A program made the translations under genes and the position numbers. Shown here in pieces: positions 27,719 to 38,482 of a stretch of 64,000 nucleotides of DNA. The DNA is from Macrostomum hystrix. Its lineage: Eukaryota; Animalia; Platyhelminthes. The notes under the pieces are model-generated. The model worked only from the letters and a program-made list of their open reading frames with translations, did no database searches and had not been told where the DNA came from. Location of the stretch: NCBI GenBank assembly GCA_950097015.1, contig CATNEN010000039.1, positions 6,262,001 to 6,326,000 on the forward strand, in the 5' to 3' direction. Every line of letters starts with the position of its first letter. The stretch's first letter is position 1.

Positions 27719-30700
27719 ATAGATTAGTATTAGTTTGTCGTTAGGGCCTAACCTTAGTCTAGGACTTTTATCAGATATAAGGCCTATCATAAGAATGAAA
27801 TACCTAGGCCTATAATTATTTTATATTATAGCCATATTGTTATTGACCCTATTCAATTTTTTCTATACAATTTTGGCAATGTTTATAAAATACGTTAAAA
27901 AGTTTATTTTCCTTTAATATAAGAAAATGTCTCAATGTTTTAGGATTCAAATTTATATCCTAGCCCTAGGTGAGTTGTTCATAATTTCTGTAAATTTTAA
28001 TATATACATTTCTTAGTATTCTAAATCTGAGGCTATTATTAATATTAGTAATGTACTTGTACTAGTACTAGTACTCGTTGATGCTAATGATAAAGAGTAC
28101 TGCATTGTACCTGTTCAGTACATTTGGCAGCAATGTGCAACCACTTGAAAAGTTTGTTCTACCTTTGCCATGGATTTATGAACATAGTTAATTCCACTCA
28201 TGGTTTGATTTTTCCCCTATTCAGTTCCACTCATTTTCTGCTGGGTTTATCAGTATTGGTACATGCACCAGTATGGCCCCATCCCCAGTATAATAATAAT
28301 AATAATTGCAGGAGGGCTGCGGGCATTTAGTGACACTAGACCCGCAGCCAGCGAGGAGGCAATTCTGCCCATTTCGCTGACTCCTGAGCACACACGCACA
28401 CAGATACTTTACGCAGGCACACGCTCACGCAGGTGTGTACATCTGCCCGGACTTTCTCATCATCAGGCAGTGTACACTTCATAAGTCGTACATCTCTAAA
28501 TATGATTGATATATTACATTGTTTTTTTATTTAATGTCCAGATGGCCGGAAGGGAAATCGGGGAGAAAAAGAAGTATACAATTGCTTGAACCAGTCTACT
28601 GCCAGGATGTAGTAGTATTTGTACATCCTACATGCATTTTAAGGACATATAAACACTAAATGTATATGCTTAGTTCACCATTAAACATTAAGCATTAAGC
28701 ATCAATTTTCATATGAAGAAACTGAAAAAATCTTGATAGTAATTGTATTCTTATTACTATTAGTAAGACTACCAAGATTAGCATACCAAGGCAGGCTAAG
28801 AAGTACTAATAGGAATAGATCCTAATAGGAATCTTAGTAAGATTACATGTTTTTAGACTACTATTATGCTGGATTTTAGTAAGATAACAATTGGGTGCCG
28901 ACCTGGGGAAACCGTTGCAGTGGGAGCAAAGATCGTAAAAATTAGCTTCGTCCATCATTGTCCCGAAAATATCTGGGCGATCCGATGTCACAGTTCAGCT
29001 ATGGAAAAATTCTACCTGGAGTGCATTTACCGACAGCGTGTAACCATCAAGTTTCTTCAAGGCCAGGTCGCCAAAGCCAAAGCAACAAAATTCAGAAGTG
29101 CGACCATGAGTCGGGTGATTCAAGGCAGCATCAAGCAGCAGTATGTTAATCCCCGTGGAATGAGATGGCCGAAGGAAAGTATTTCTGAATCAATTCAGCT
29201 GCGCCACAAGAGCCCAGCTGCGTACAGAATGCTGCGCAACAAGTAGAAGTTTCTACTTCCATCAGAGTCATCACTGAAGAGACGAACCCGGCAGTTGTTT
29301 TCATCCCCAGAAAACCAGAAATCCTGGTGTCTGCCAAAAGACGATCAAGCTGTTGCATGGTGACAGAGTCATCGGCTATGATAAACATTCTGCTAATGAC
29401 CTTGAGCAGCAACTTCAGAGACCCGTAAACGAAGCAGTTGTTGCTGTTCTCCGTGGAATCTGGAGCAACTGGAAGCAGCCGATTGCATACTATTAAGTTC
29501 ATAGAACCCTCGGTCAGCTTCGGTTCAAGTCTGCGATAGACGAGTGCCTTCGCGCTGCCCATGAAGCTGGAATTCGGGTTGTTGCACTGGTTGTCGACCA
29601 AGAAACGACACAATGGGCCTATCTCAGCAAACTGGTAAGCAAAACTTTATTTTATAAATTGATATTAGAATATATTGGGTTTCAATAGCTGAAATGCAGT
29701 ACAGAAAGTTTGCCAATCTTCAAAACAGCAATAAATTCAAACATTGCGTTTGCGACCATTTTGCTATACTAAGGCCCTCCAATTGTTCATATATTTAGGT
29801 AACCCCTGCGGCTCCATTTCTAAACCACCCTGTGACGCAAAGGCTCGTATTTGTCATTATTGACGTTCCGCACTGCCTGAAAAATGCGCGCAATGCCCCC
29901 ATGAAGAACAACATCATTTTCGACGGAGACAAGCAACCAAGATGGCAAGACCTGGTCGACTTCTACGAAAGGGACAGCAGCCGGTCACTTAGACTGGCGA
30001 GTCGGTTGAGTGATGCGCACTTCAGCCTCCAATTGGGCCAAAAAATAAAGGTCTCCCTCGCCGCTCAGATCTTTAGTCATTCAGTTTCCAGTGGAATCAA
30101 GACACTCGTGCATCACCAGGAACTGCCCATCGATGCCCTGCAGACAGCGGATTTCGTGAAGAGAGTCAATGATGCATTCGACTTGCTGAATTCGACGCAC
30201 ATTCTTGACAAAGGATATAAGCAGCCGATCGGAAGCTGGCAATTCCTTCCTTGCAGCGGGAAGTCGCTAAAGGCAACTATGAAATTCAAAGAAGCGTGGA
30301 TCCTGTCGACTTCTGCAATACGGCAGCTCAGCACAGCGTTGATTCAGGACGAGCACTACGAGTTCGTGTGCACGCGAAGACTATCACAGGATCACGTTGA
30401 GGTAAGTTGCCTTGTTATTGGGAATCAGATATTTAATAAATATTGTGATCACAGGCACAAGTTGCAATAATACGTGTAGGTATAATTGTCACTCATACTT
30501 GTAATCAGTGTTGGGCATTGACTAGTTAAACAGTTAACTTTCTGTTAAAACGAAGTTAAAGTTTTTGCAAATTCGTTAAAAACCCGTTACTTTTTTTCAG
30601 TTAACGATCGTTAATAACTTTCGTTATTTTTTCCCAAAAGTTAAAAGTTAAATGGCAAAAGTTAACTTCTTTGCAAAAAAAAGTGTAGCGAAAAGGGATA

Positions 30701-30842
30701 TTGTACATTAAAATCATTAATTTTACAAAAATTTTTGTTCTCCATGGGGACCGATGTGCTCCGCGCAAAAAGAGCGCCACTAGCTCATCCGACACTAACC
30801 CGCCTGTTGCTTCTAAGGAGCAACCGCGCGCCATATGTGACT

Positions 30843-31364
30843 TGTTGTGGCGTGGCTCACTGAAGCCCCGGGTGTTGTGGCGTGACCCACTGAAGCTCCG
30901 GGTGTTGTGGCGTGACCCACTGAAGCTCCGGGTGTTGTGGCGTGACCCACTGAAGCTCCGGGTGTTGTGGCGTGACCTACTGAAGCTCCGGGTGTTTTGG
31001 CGTGACCCACTGAAGCTCCGGGTGTTGTGGCGTGACCCACTGAAGCTCCGGGAGTTGTGGCGTGACCCACTGAAGCTCCGGGTGTTGTGGCGTGACCCAC
31101 TGAAGCTCCGGGTGTTTTGGCGTGACCCACTGAAGCTCCGGGTGTTGTGGCGTGACCCACTGAAGCTCCGGGTGTTGTGGCGTGACCCACTGAAGCTCCG
31201 GGTGTTGTGGCGTGACCTACTGAAGCTCCGGGTGTTTTGGCGTGACCCACTGAAGCTCCGGGTGTTGTGGCGTGACCCACTGAAGCTCCGGGTGTTTTGG
31301 CGTGACCCACTGAAGCTCCGGGTGTTGTGGCGTGACCCACTGAAGCTCCGGGTGTTGTGGCGTG
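30843..31364. repeat. 30-bp minisatellite (GTGTTGTGGCGTGACCCACTGAAGCTCCGG)n, ~17 copies, inside the hAT element
   Basis: Period 30; source of the LRVLWRDPLK and GHATTPGASV ORFs. Confidence 0.96.
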
Positions 31365-31731
31365 GTTTTTATTGAATTAAATTTTACTTACTTTTACATG
31401 ACTTTTGCGCCACATTTTGTGTGCAAGTGTGTGTTTAACTGTTTGTGTTTTCTGACTAGCTAAAGTAGCTAGCTAGTGATAGTGACTACTGACTAGTTAA
31501 GTTTAGTGACTGACTATGACTACTGACTGTGACTGACTGTCGTGACTGGGTGACTAACCTCTCAAATCTTCAGCGATGAAAGTGAAAACCTTTCTAAAGC
31601 TTTCCTTCTCTGCCCTAAACAATGCACCAATTAACAAAACAAGTGATCAATACGATAAGGGACTAGTCAGTCAGTCACACACAACAGAAGAAGCTTGCAA
31701 AATAATAAACCAATAATTTTCCCCCTCTATT

Positions 31732-33714
31732 AAGAGTAAGGCGGCGTCCTTACTCCACTGCTGTGGAACCTCGTTATGGATGAGCTGCTGAAAAGCACTC
31801 GTCCTGACCCGGTCCTGAAGGTGGGTTATGCCGACGATGTGACCGCCATCTGCGCGGGCCCCTCGGCGGAAACCACCAGGGACCTCATTCAGGGCTTTAT
31901 CAACAGGGCGGTGCGCTGGGCGGACCAACGCGGGCTCCGACTCTCTGAGTCCAAGACCGTTGCGGTTGTTTACCAGAAGACTGCTCTGGACCATTAAGCC
32001 TCTGACTCTATGGCAAGAATATTGCAATGGAAAAGCAGGTCAGATGCCTTGGTCTCCTGCTAGACCATAGGCTTAACTGGACCTCGCACATCACCACAAA
32101 GGCCAAGAGGGCCCTGGCCATACTGGCGCAAGTCAGGCGTGCCGTGGGCACCACTTGGGGGCTAACCCCCCAAGAACCTTTGGTGGATTTACACGGCGAT
32201 CATCAGACCGTCCGTTGCGTACGCTTGACTTACTTGACTTAGCGGCAGGGAGCCTCCATGACGGACGCAGCGAGGAGGCGGCCAATGCCGCCCATATCGC
32301 TAACCCCTGGCAGCGTTGCGTACGCTGGCCTCATCTGGGCCGGTGCCATGGGCATCCAGAAAAACCTGGAGGCGCTCTATAGGGGGCAGGGCAGAGCTTG
32401 TCATATGACGCTGGGCGCCCCACCTTCCACTCCATTCGAAGGCATGAATGCCTTCCTCAACGCTACATCCATTGACCCATTATTAAAGGGGAAGCGGCCA
32501 AGTCCACCCGGCGTCTTCTAGATGCGGGGATCTCCTTCCAGAACGTGCGAGCGTTCCCGAAGCGCTCCCTTCTGCCTCACTCTGACCTTTGCCTGAAAAC
32601 TCTGGGCGAGTGTGGAGGGCTCACCATCCTCTCGGACGGGGCCCCGGCCACTTTACTCCGGAGCCACAGGTACAAGGTCAGCATCCTCCCTCGCAATGAG
32701 GTCAAGGACTGCTGGGATGACCCAGCGGTCCACTGCTACACTGACGGCTCTCTGATGAACGGCAAATCGGGATTCGGAGTGTGCGTCGCCTCGGGTGGTG
32801 AGGTCCTCTGGACCCACTCCCAACACTGTGGCAAGAGCTCTAGCGTTTTCCAAAACGAAATGCTCGCCATCAGTCTCTGTGCGGCTGAACTGCGCCAGAG
32901 GCAGCTGACTGGACGAAGGATCTTTTTTCACTCCGACAGTCAAGCAGCTCTCAAGGCCCTCAGCCGCTGCACCTCTCGCTCCAGAACCACCTTAGACTGC
33001 CACACCCAGTTGAACGGATTGGCACAGTCTAACAAGGTGGAGCTGATGTGGATCCCTGGGCACGCCGGGCTCACAGGGAATGAGATGGCGGACCAGCTTG
33101 CAAAGGCTGGCGCAGCCAGCTCCCTGATGGGCCCGGGCCCGGAGTCCCCGATCCCCGTTTCTGTGGTCAACTCCAACATCAACCGCTGGATGGAGACCCA
33201 ACACCGGAGGAGGTGGTCTAGCACCCTGAACTGTCGCCAGTCCAGGGCTGCGGTGCCAACCCCCTCTAGTAACCTGCATAAAGCCTTACTTAGGCTAAAT
33301 CGCAGAGACCTGAGAGCAGTCACCATGGCCCTACCTCCAAGGCCACGTGCCGGAGGAAACGTGTCCCTTCTGCTGCTCCGGACGCGAAAACGTTGAGCAT
33401 TTCATCTGCCACTGCCCGGCCTTCACCCGGGCTAGGCTAAAACATCTCGGGCCGGTGCCGACCCTAGTCGAAGCCTGCTCGCCCGAGAGCATTCCACAGC
33501 TCGCCCACTTCCTTCGGGATACCGGCCGAGCTGATTTCTTCCCAGCCTATGGCGAGGGGGATCGCGCGGCGGAACCGACCAACAGACCACCCTGAGCGGC
33601 ACCGCCTCGCTGGAGGCCGTCCGGCTGCCAGGGGTTAGCAATATGGGCGGCACCGGCCGCCTCCTCGCTGCGTCCGTCATGGAGGCTCCCTGCCGCTAAG
33701 TCAAGTAAGTCAAG
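31732..33714 (+). mobile_element. 5'-truncated non-LTR retrotransposon with RT C-terminus, RNase H and CCHC knuckle (I group, LOA/R1-like)
   Basis: GGVLTPLLWNLVMD, GYADD, LGLLLDHRLNW, WIYTAIIRP; RNase H YTDGS…E…HSDSQAAL…WIPGHAGLTGNEMADQLAK; CPFC…EHFICHC. Tail (TAAGTCAAG)2. 13-bp TSD TTCCCCCTCTATT/TTCCCTCTCTATT (31719-31731 and 33715-33727). Frameshifted. Confidence 0.92.
32224..32313 (-). mobile_element. 90-bp 3'-terminal fragment of the same LINE family, inserted antisense into the host LINE ORF
   Basis: Reverse complement of 33625-33714 with 3 mismatches, including the tail. Flanked by the TSD CGTTGCGTACG(CT) at 32213 and 32314. Removing it restores RPSVAYAGLIW. Confidence 0.9.
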
Positions 33715-35547
33715 TTCCCTCTCTATTGTTCAGTGACACGTGACAGACAGTTAGCAAGGTGTTTTGGGAACGGGAGTATTGAGTATATGTATGGTATGCA
33801 CGGTACTATCATAGCATATCCTACTTTTGCATGAGCGGTATCTGGCACTGGCACTCTGGCCAAATGCCCAAATATATTGATATATGCACACAGTAGCTAG
33901 CTCTATCTCTGTACCGTGTCCGTACTACCGTATAATCATGAAAATGAAACAAAAAGACAGTTTTAGGATAGAAAATGTGTGTATTTACGTTTTTAAGCAG
34001 TTGTTACGTAAGAAATAAGTTTTTTGGGCGAAAGTTAATTTTTTAACGATTTCTGCGTTACTTTTTTGCCAAAAGCTAAATTGTTAACCGTTAATCGTTA
34101 GTTTTTTTTCACCAGTTAAAGTTAACTTTTTAACTGTTAACGAAGTTAAGTTTTTCAGTAACGATGCCCAACACTGCTTGTAATATATCATATAATTGAA
34201 AAATTACCATATCCGTCGGATTTGTTTAAAGGTCCGATTTACACTGCCATCAAATGAGCCAAAGTCACATGTCAGATGTACGAGGGAATGAAAATCAACG
34301 AACAAATGAAGTTATCACCCGAGCTTTATCCTCATTTGATGGCAACGAAAATGGACTTTACAAGTATCTTAAGTTGCAATCTAATTTAGAGTAACATAAA
34401 TGCGAATTACAGAATCTGCTCTGCATCATCCGTGGCCGCAACGGCTTCAATGAAAAGCCCGAGATTCAGGCGTTCGTTGGGGCACTGCGATCTGTAGCTG
34501 CCACTGTAGCTGCCAGGGGCCTCTCCCAGCCAGATTCTACGGCCAGAAACTGCGAAGACGACGGCTGTGTAGCTGCAGTCACAGCAGACTGTGCAGCTGT
34601 TGAACTCGACAAGAACAGCACGTCTGCAGCGAGTGATTCAAAGACTGACGACCAGGTCGATGCGTCTACTTCGAAAACCCTGACGCAGCCGGCTTATGAT
34701 TCAGTTCTTGAAGAAGCGACGGAGTACGTGGGCGGATTTGTGCTCAAGAGGAGCGGCGTCCTGGAATGCCAGAGCTGCAAGCCGGTTCTGACGACGGCGA
34801 ATCCCATTGGAGTCCATCTACGGCATAAGTCCGCTGCCTCACGCCGTCAGCGGCTTAAAACTTCCTTCGCCAACTGCACTGCAAAGCTTTAACAGAATGG
34901 AAGCTTTCTTAAGTGCTCAATCAGCAACCTTTATTGTTCAGCCGAAAGTTGCTTTCCGAGTAAAACAAAAATTTGTGTCATCGGGTATTTCATTCCCAGC
35001 TTGTGAAACGCATTTTTGAAGCATTTTTACGTTTACGTTTGCACCATTGGTGCCGCTGTAGGATGCGCACGGAAATCCATTCTAACTACTCCGCAATTCA
35101 TTAATTTTTGCGCCGATGGCTGTTGCTATTCATGTTTTCCTTATTTTGTTATCTTTATTTTGCTAAAAAATATTTTGACTATGCCTGAAAGGAAGAAATA
35201 ATTTGTGTCTGTTGTAACCACAGAACCACAAGTAAGTTCTGTGGTTGTAACTTTCTTTGTTGCTTTGCTCTGTTGTTACTCTTTTCAATAAACCATAACA
35301 TTTTTTCGTTAATTCACATGCCTTTTGTTGCAGGAGCATTTTCCTTTTAAAACGTTGCATATTCTATAAACAAAACCAAAAAAATACAAAAAATGTCTAT
35401 ATTTCTACTGAATTAAAAGTAGCTTGCAAGTATGTGTTGAGTGACCTATTTAGTTATTATAGTATCTGTGGCCTAAACTGGGGAAAGCTGTCTATGGTAA
35501 TTTTTTATATCCAAGCACTGGAATTGAGACAAGAACGTAGCTAGACT

Positions 35548-37113
35548 CAAGGACAACTTAATAACTCAGGACCGGAAACGAGCCAATTCATGGCGAAAAA
35601 AGTATGAGGCTCGTTTAAAAGCATTGTTCTATGGCCCATCCAAAGCTACGAAAGCGAAGAAATCTGAGCTGAAAATTGAGTTCTTCGCATGCACTTGCAA
35701 TTGAGAGAGAGAACTTTTATTCTTGCTAGCTGAAACTAAATATCATGCCGAGAAAATGCAGCGTTATTTTCTGTTGTTCAAACTACAATAGTAACCGTGA
35801 TCGGAATGTTACAGTATTTTCGTTTCCTAAACATGCAACTGAACGAGAGGCTTGGCGACTGTCTCTGCCTAATCAACTGACGGTAAGACTTTCTTCAAAT
35901 GTGCTTTGCTAATCAGATTTAGCCTGGCCACATGAATTCATTAACAATTTTGTTGTTGTTTAGACCGTGACAGACTACATGGGCGTGTGTGCTAAGCACT
36001 GGCCTCAAGATCTACTCAGTCTTGCCTCGTTCAAACACAAGGTTTGTGAAGTTCTACTGCTTTAATTCAAATATTCGAGCGTATTTGTACTGCATCAAAT
36101 AGGGTCGAAACGAACCACTAAGATGCGCGCTTGGATATTGCAGTGCGTGCCAGTCGACAGGCTGAGGGAAGAGGCGTGCTGTTGTCCGAACGATGCCTTT
36201 TCCAAGATGAACTAGTAGAATTTCGAGAGCGTGACACGCTGCCATCGTGGACTGAATTCCGAGCATCCATTCACTGTTCAGACGTCATCAAAGCACATCA
36301 GCTTATTGTTACCATTGTTCAAGAGGAGGTGTTTATCTTCTCGTTAAGCGCCAATGCCGAAATGGTTCTGCGAGTTTTCGTTTCACCAAACTATTCCGTA
36401 CGATGCTTTCGGTTACATTCACCAGTTGCGGTTCGAGATCTGCTTGGATTTCAACCAACATTAAAGTATTGGTCGCAACTTGAAGCTATCATAAATCGTT
36501 GTAAAAACTCTACAGTGGACGTCGAAAGTGAGGTGAGGGCATTATCTAAGAACGTTTCTATTGCCTTTAACCACGGTGGAGTTGTACCGGACACATCGGT
36601 TACATTTATCCTGAAGCTACTCGAGTTCGCCACAACGCACCCAAACAATCGACGATACGACATTGCCACTATGCGCCAATCTGCTTTGCTTTACCTAAAA
36701 ATACTGAAGCTGAGTGGACAGTGAGCGAACCTGGAGCAAACACTTTACTATTAATCATAGTCAGCTCTTGTCCCGTTATGTGACTGTTATTTTCCTCTCT
36801 GTTTGCAGTTCAGATGAAGAAAGAATCGTAAATTTTTCTCGAGTTTCCTTATACATGTGCTGCATGTACAGCTTTCCCATTGTGTATTTTCACGACGTTT
36901 TTTATGTAATAAAACTATTCAACATTTAAGAAAACCGACCCTGCACCCGCCTTCTGACTGCCTATTAAAAAGTCAAATATGATACGAGTATACATTCGCA
37001 ACTGAAAGCATGCGCATACGGATGGGCCATAGAACAATGCTTTTAAACGAGCCTCATACTTTTTTCGCCATGAATTGGCTCGTTTCCGGTCCTGAGTTAT
37101 TAAGTTGTCCTTG
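35548..37113 (+). mobile_element. Internally deleted P-element-superfamily transposon (1566 bp) retaining THAP and the N-terminal transposase region
   Basis: Perfect 94-bp TIRs (35548-35641 and 37020-37113) starting CAAGG; perfect 8-bp TSD GCTAGACT. Spliced THAP: MPRKCSVIFC…VFSFP…W…|…GVCAKHW (35745-35882, 35964-36041). ORF 36131-36724 ends at PNNRRY…ALLYL; no catalytic domain. Confidence 0.92.
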
Positions 37114-37240
37114 GCTAGACTTAAAGAAGGACTTCAATATGTAGCATTTAAATTTGTAAACCTATAGCATTCCAAGTTTAGCTGATAGCAACACAAATTA
37201 CGGGCTTAAAACACTCGGGCTTATATTGCAGGCGGCTCAC

Positions 37241-37549
37241 CTGGTGCAGGCAGTTGTAACGAAACCGGGGCATCAACAGAGTTGGAGTGTCGCAGTCGGT
37301 CACAAGGTGCTTCGGGTTGTTCCAAATCAGTGCGGACACGGCAGACAAGTCACCGGCATTGATGGCCGTTTTCAACTGGTTGAGCTGCACCTGGCTGACA
37401 CTTCTGAAGCTGTCGGTTTCTTGAACCGCTGCGGCAGCGGCGGCTGTCGAAGACCCTTGCGGCGACGCTTTTAGCGGCCGTCTAGGAGTCAGCTGTTCCG
37501 CCGCAGAACCGCTGGCAAACTGCTTGGCCTCTGGGTAAGAATTGAACAC
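37241..37549 (-). CDS. ANKLE2: ANKLE2 coding exon 2
   Basis: GT-AG, phase 0/0, 103 codons. VFNSYPEAKQFA…LIWNNPKHLVTDCDTPTLLMPRFRYNCLHQ matches the ANKLE2 pattern WxNPRYL…DxPT…RYNxxH. Confidence 0.92.
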
Positions 37550-37830
37550 CTGATTTGGTGTTGAAACAGCGGCAATAAAAATACTTAATTTAGATGTTGT
37601 CTTATTGGTTAAGTGTTAGATGTTGCTTAGTGCTCTGAGCTAAGAAAAATTTGTGATTGCCTTTTCCACGCTCATGAATTTCCCATGCATTTAAATGGAT
37701 ATTGCTTTGAGCCGTCATTCCAGCCAATGGAAATTGACGCCTGGCTTAGAGGGATCCTAAAAGGCTATAAAAATTTGAAACTCTGCAAGCACAATAACTA
37801 TTTGTGCTTTGCCAGCTTCTCAATGCTACA

Positions 37831-38125
37831 AGAGGCTGTAGCCTGTGATTAGAGCATCGGACTCGCGACTTAAAGGACAAGGGGTTCGATTCCCGACTCC
37901 ACTGGAACAATTCGTATTCTTTATCAAGACAATTGACGCTGGATTCCTTCAGTTTACCCGGTTGTAAAATGGGTACCAGCACTATTAGGGATAATTAAAG
38001 GTGGATGTGGCGTCCCCCCAGTCCATGAACTGAACAGCCGCATGCAGTTTTTCGACGCGCCGTGCAATAGCTTTGGCTGTGCTGTCGGCTGCACCTCTGG
38101 CCCAATTGAGGCAGGTGTAGTCAAT
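37831..38125 (+). mobile_element. tRNA-derived SINE with a CORE/Meta-like central domain, in ANKLE2 intron 1
   Basis: A-box-like TAGCCTGTGATTAGAGC, B box GGTTCGATTCC (37883), CTTCAGTTTACCCGGTTGTAAAATGGGTACC (37947-37977), and an AT-rich tail. Confidence 0.7.
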
Positions 38126-38203
38126 AATTATTTTTCAATTATTCATGGATTGTGAGAAGCTGTGTGGGGGTCAATAGGCATCTCTGAAATGAACTGTGCT
38201 CAC

Positions 38204-38482
38204 CTTGTAGCGAGCATTTCTGTGCTCTTTGAGCTTTGCTAAAGCTTCGCCACTGCTAGGAAACAGAAGCAGCCGCTCGCGCCAGGCCTCAGAGTTGGCT
38301 ACAGCAGAGGAAGGAGCGCCAGAAGGTGTCGGCAGAGGTGCTGGCGTGGCTGGCAGGCAGATGGCGTGAATGCGATCTAATCCGGCATACTGCAATGCCT
38401 CTGGATCTTCAGGGCAGTCAAAAAACTGCTCATCCTCGTCCTCTGCTTCTTGTGCAAAAGAGTTTTTGTCTAGACTTTTCAT
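38204..38482 (-). CDS. ANKLE2: ANKLE2 coding exon 1
   Basis: ATG at 38482 just after an acceptor; donor AAG|GTGAG at 38203. FPSSGEALAKLKEHRNARYK|VFNSYPEAKQF resembles the caulimovirus-like domain of ANKLE2. Confidence 0.85.

Larger units (their letters stand above)
30506..34176. mobile_element. Non-autonomous hAT element inserted in a P-transposase intron
   Basis: 13-bp TIRs CAGTGTTGGGCAT/ATGCCCAACACTG, perfect 8-bp TSD CTTGTAAT (30498-30505 and 34177-34184), and subterminal GTTAAC/AAGTTA repeats at both ends. Confidence 0.9.
25168..35200 (+). pseudogene. THAP-domain P-element transposase pseudogene (multi-exon)
   Basis: THAP at 25168-25583 (CCASTC…FHRFP…W…ICSKH, 1-bp frameshift near 25368). 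Then ~28900-29634 (RGMRW…HKSPAAYRMLR, RGIWSNWKQPIAYY, VALVVDQ), 29799-30401 (DVPHCLKNARN, KVSLAAQIFSHSV, FDLLNS, RRLSQDHVE) and 34413-~35200 (NLLCIIRGRNGFNEKP, NCEDD, EYVGGFV, CQSC). Stops, frameshifts and apparent loss of the first catalytic Asp region. Confidence 0.88.
24811..35470 (+). mobile_element. P-element superfamily (THAP9-like) DNA transposon, defective, carrying nested insertions; in ANKLE2 intron 2
   Basis: 30-bp TIRs CACAGATGCTATAATAACTAGATAGGTCAC (24811-24840) and 35441-35470, 28/30 identical, with a CANRG-type end. 8-bp TSD GCCTAAAT/GCCTAAAC. THAP and transposase exons lie inside. Confidence 0.9.

Noticed and set aside
30701-31375. 224-aa and 175-aa repeat ORFs
   Set aside because: A stop-free 30-bp minisatellite inside a hAT; no transposase motifs.
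37831-37900. tRNA gene (also 45966-46050)
   Set aside because: A/B boxes are present but there is no paired acceptor stem or full cloverleaf, and the sequence continues into a SINE-like body.
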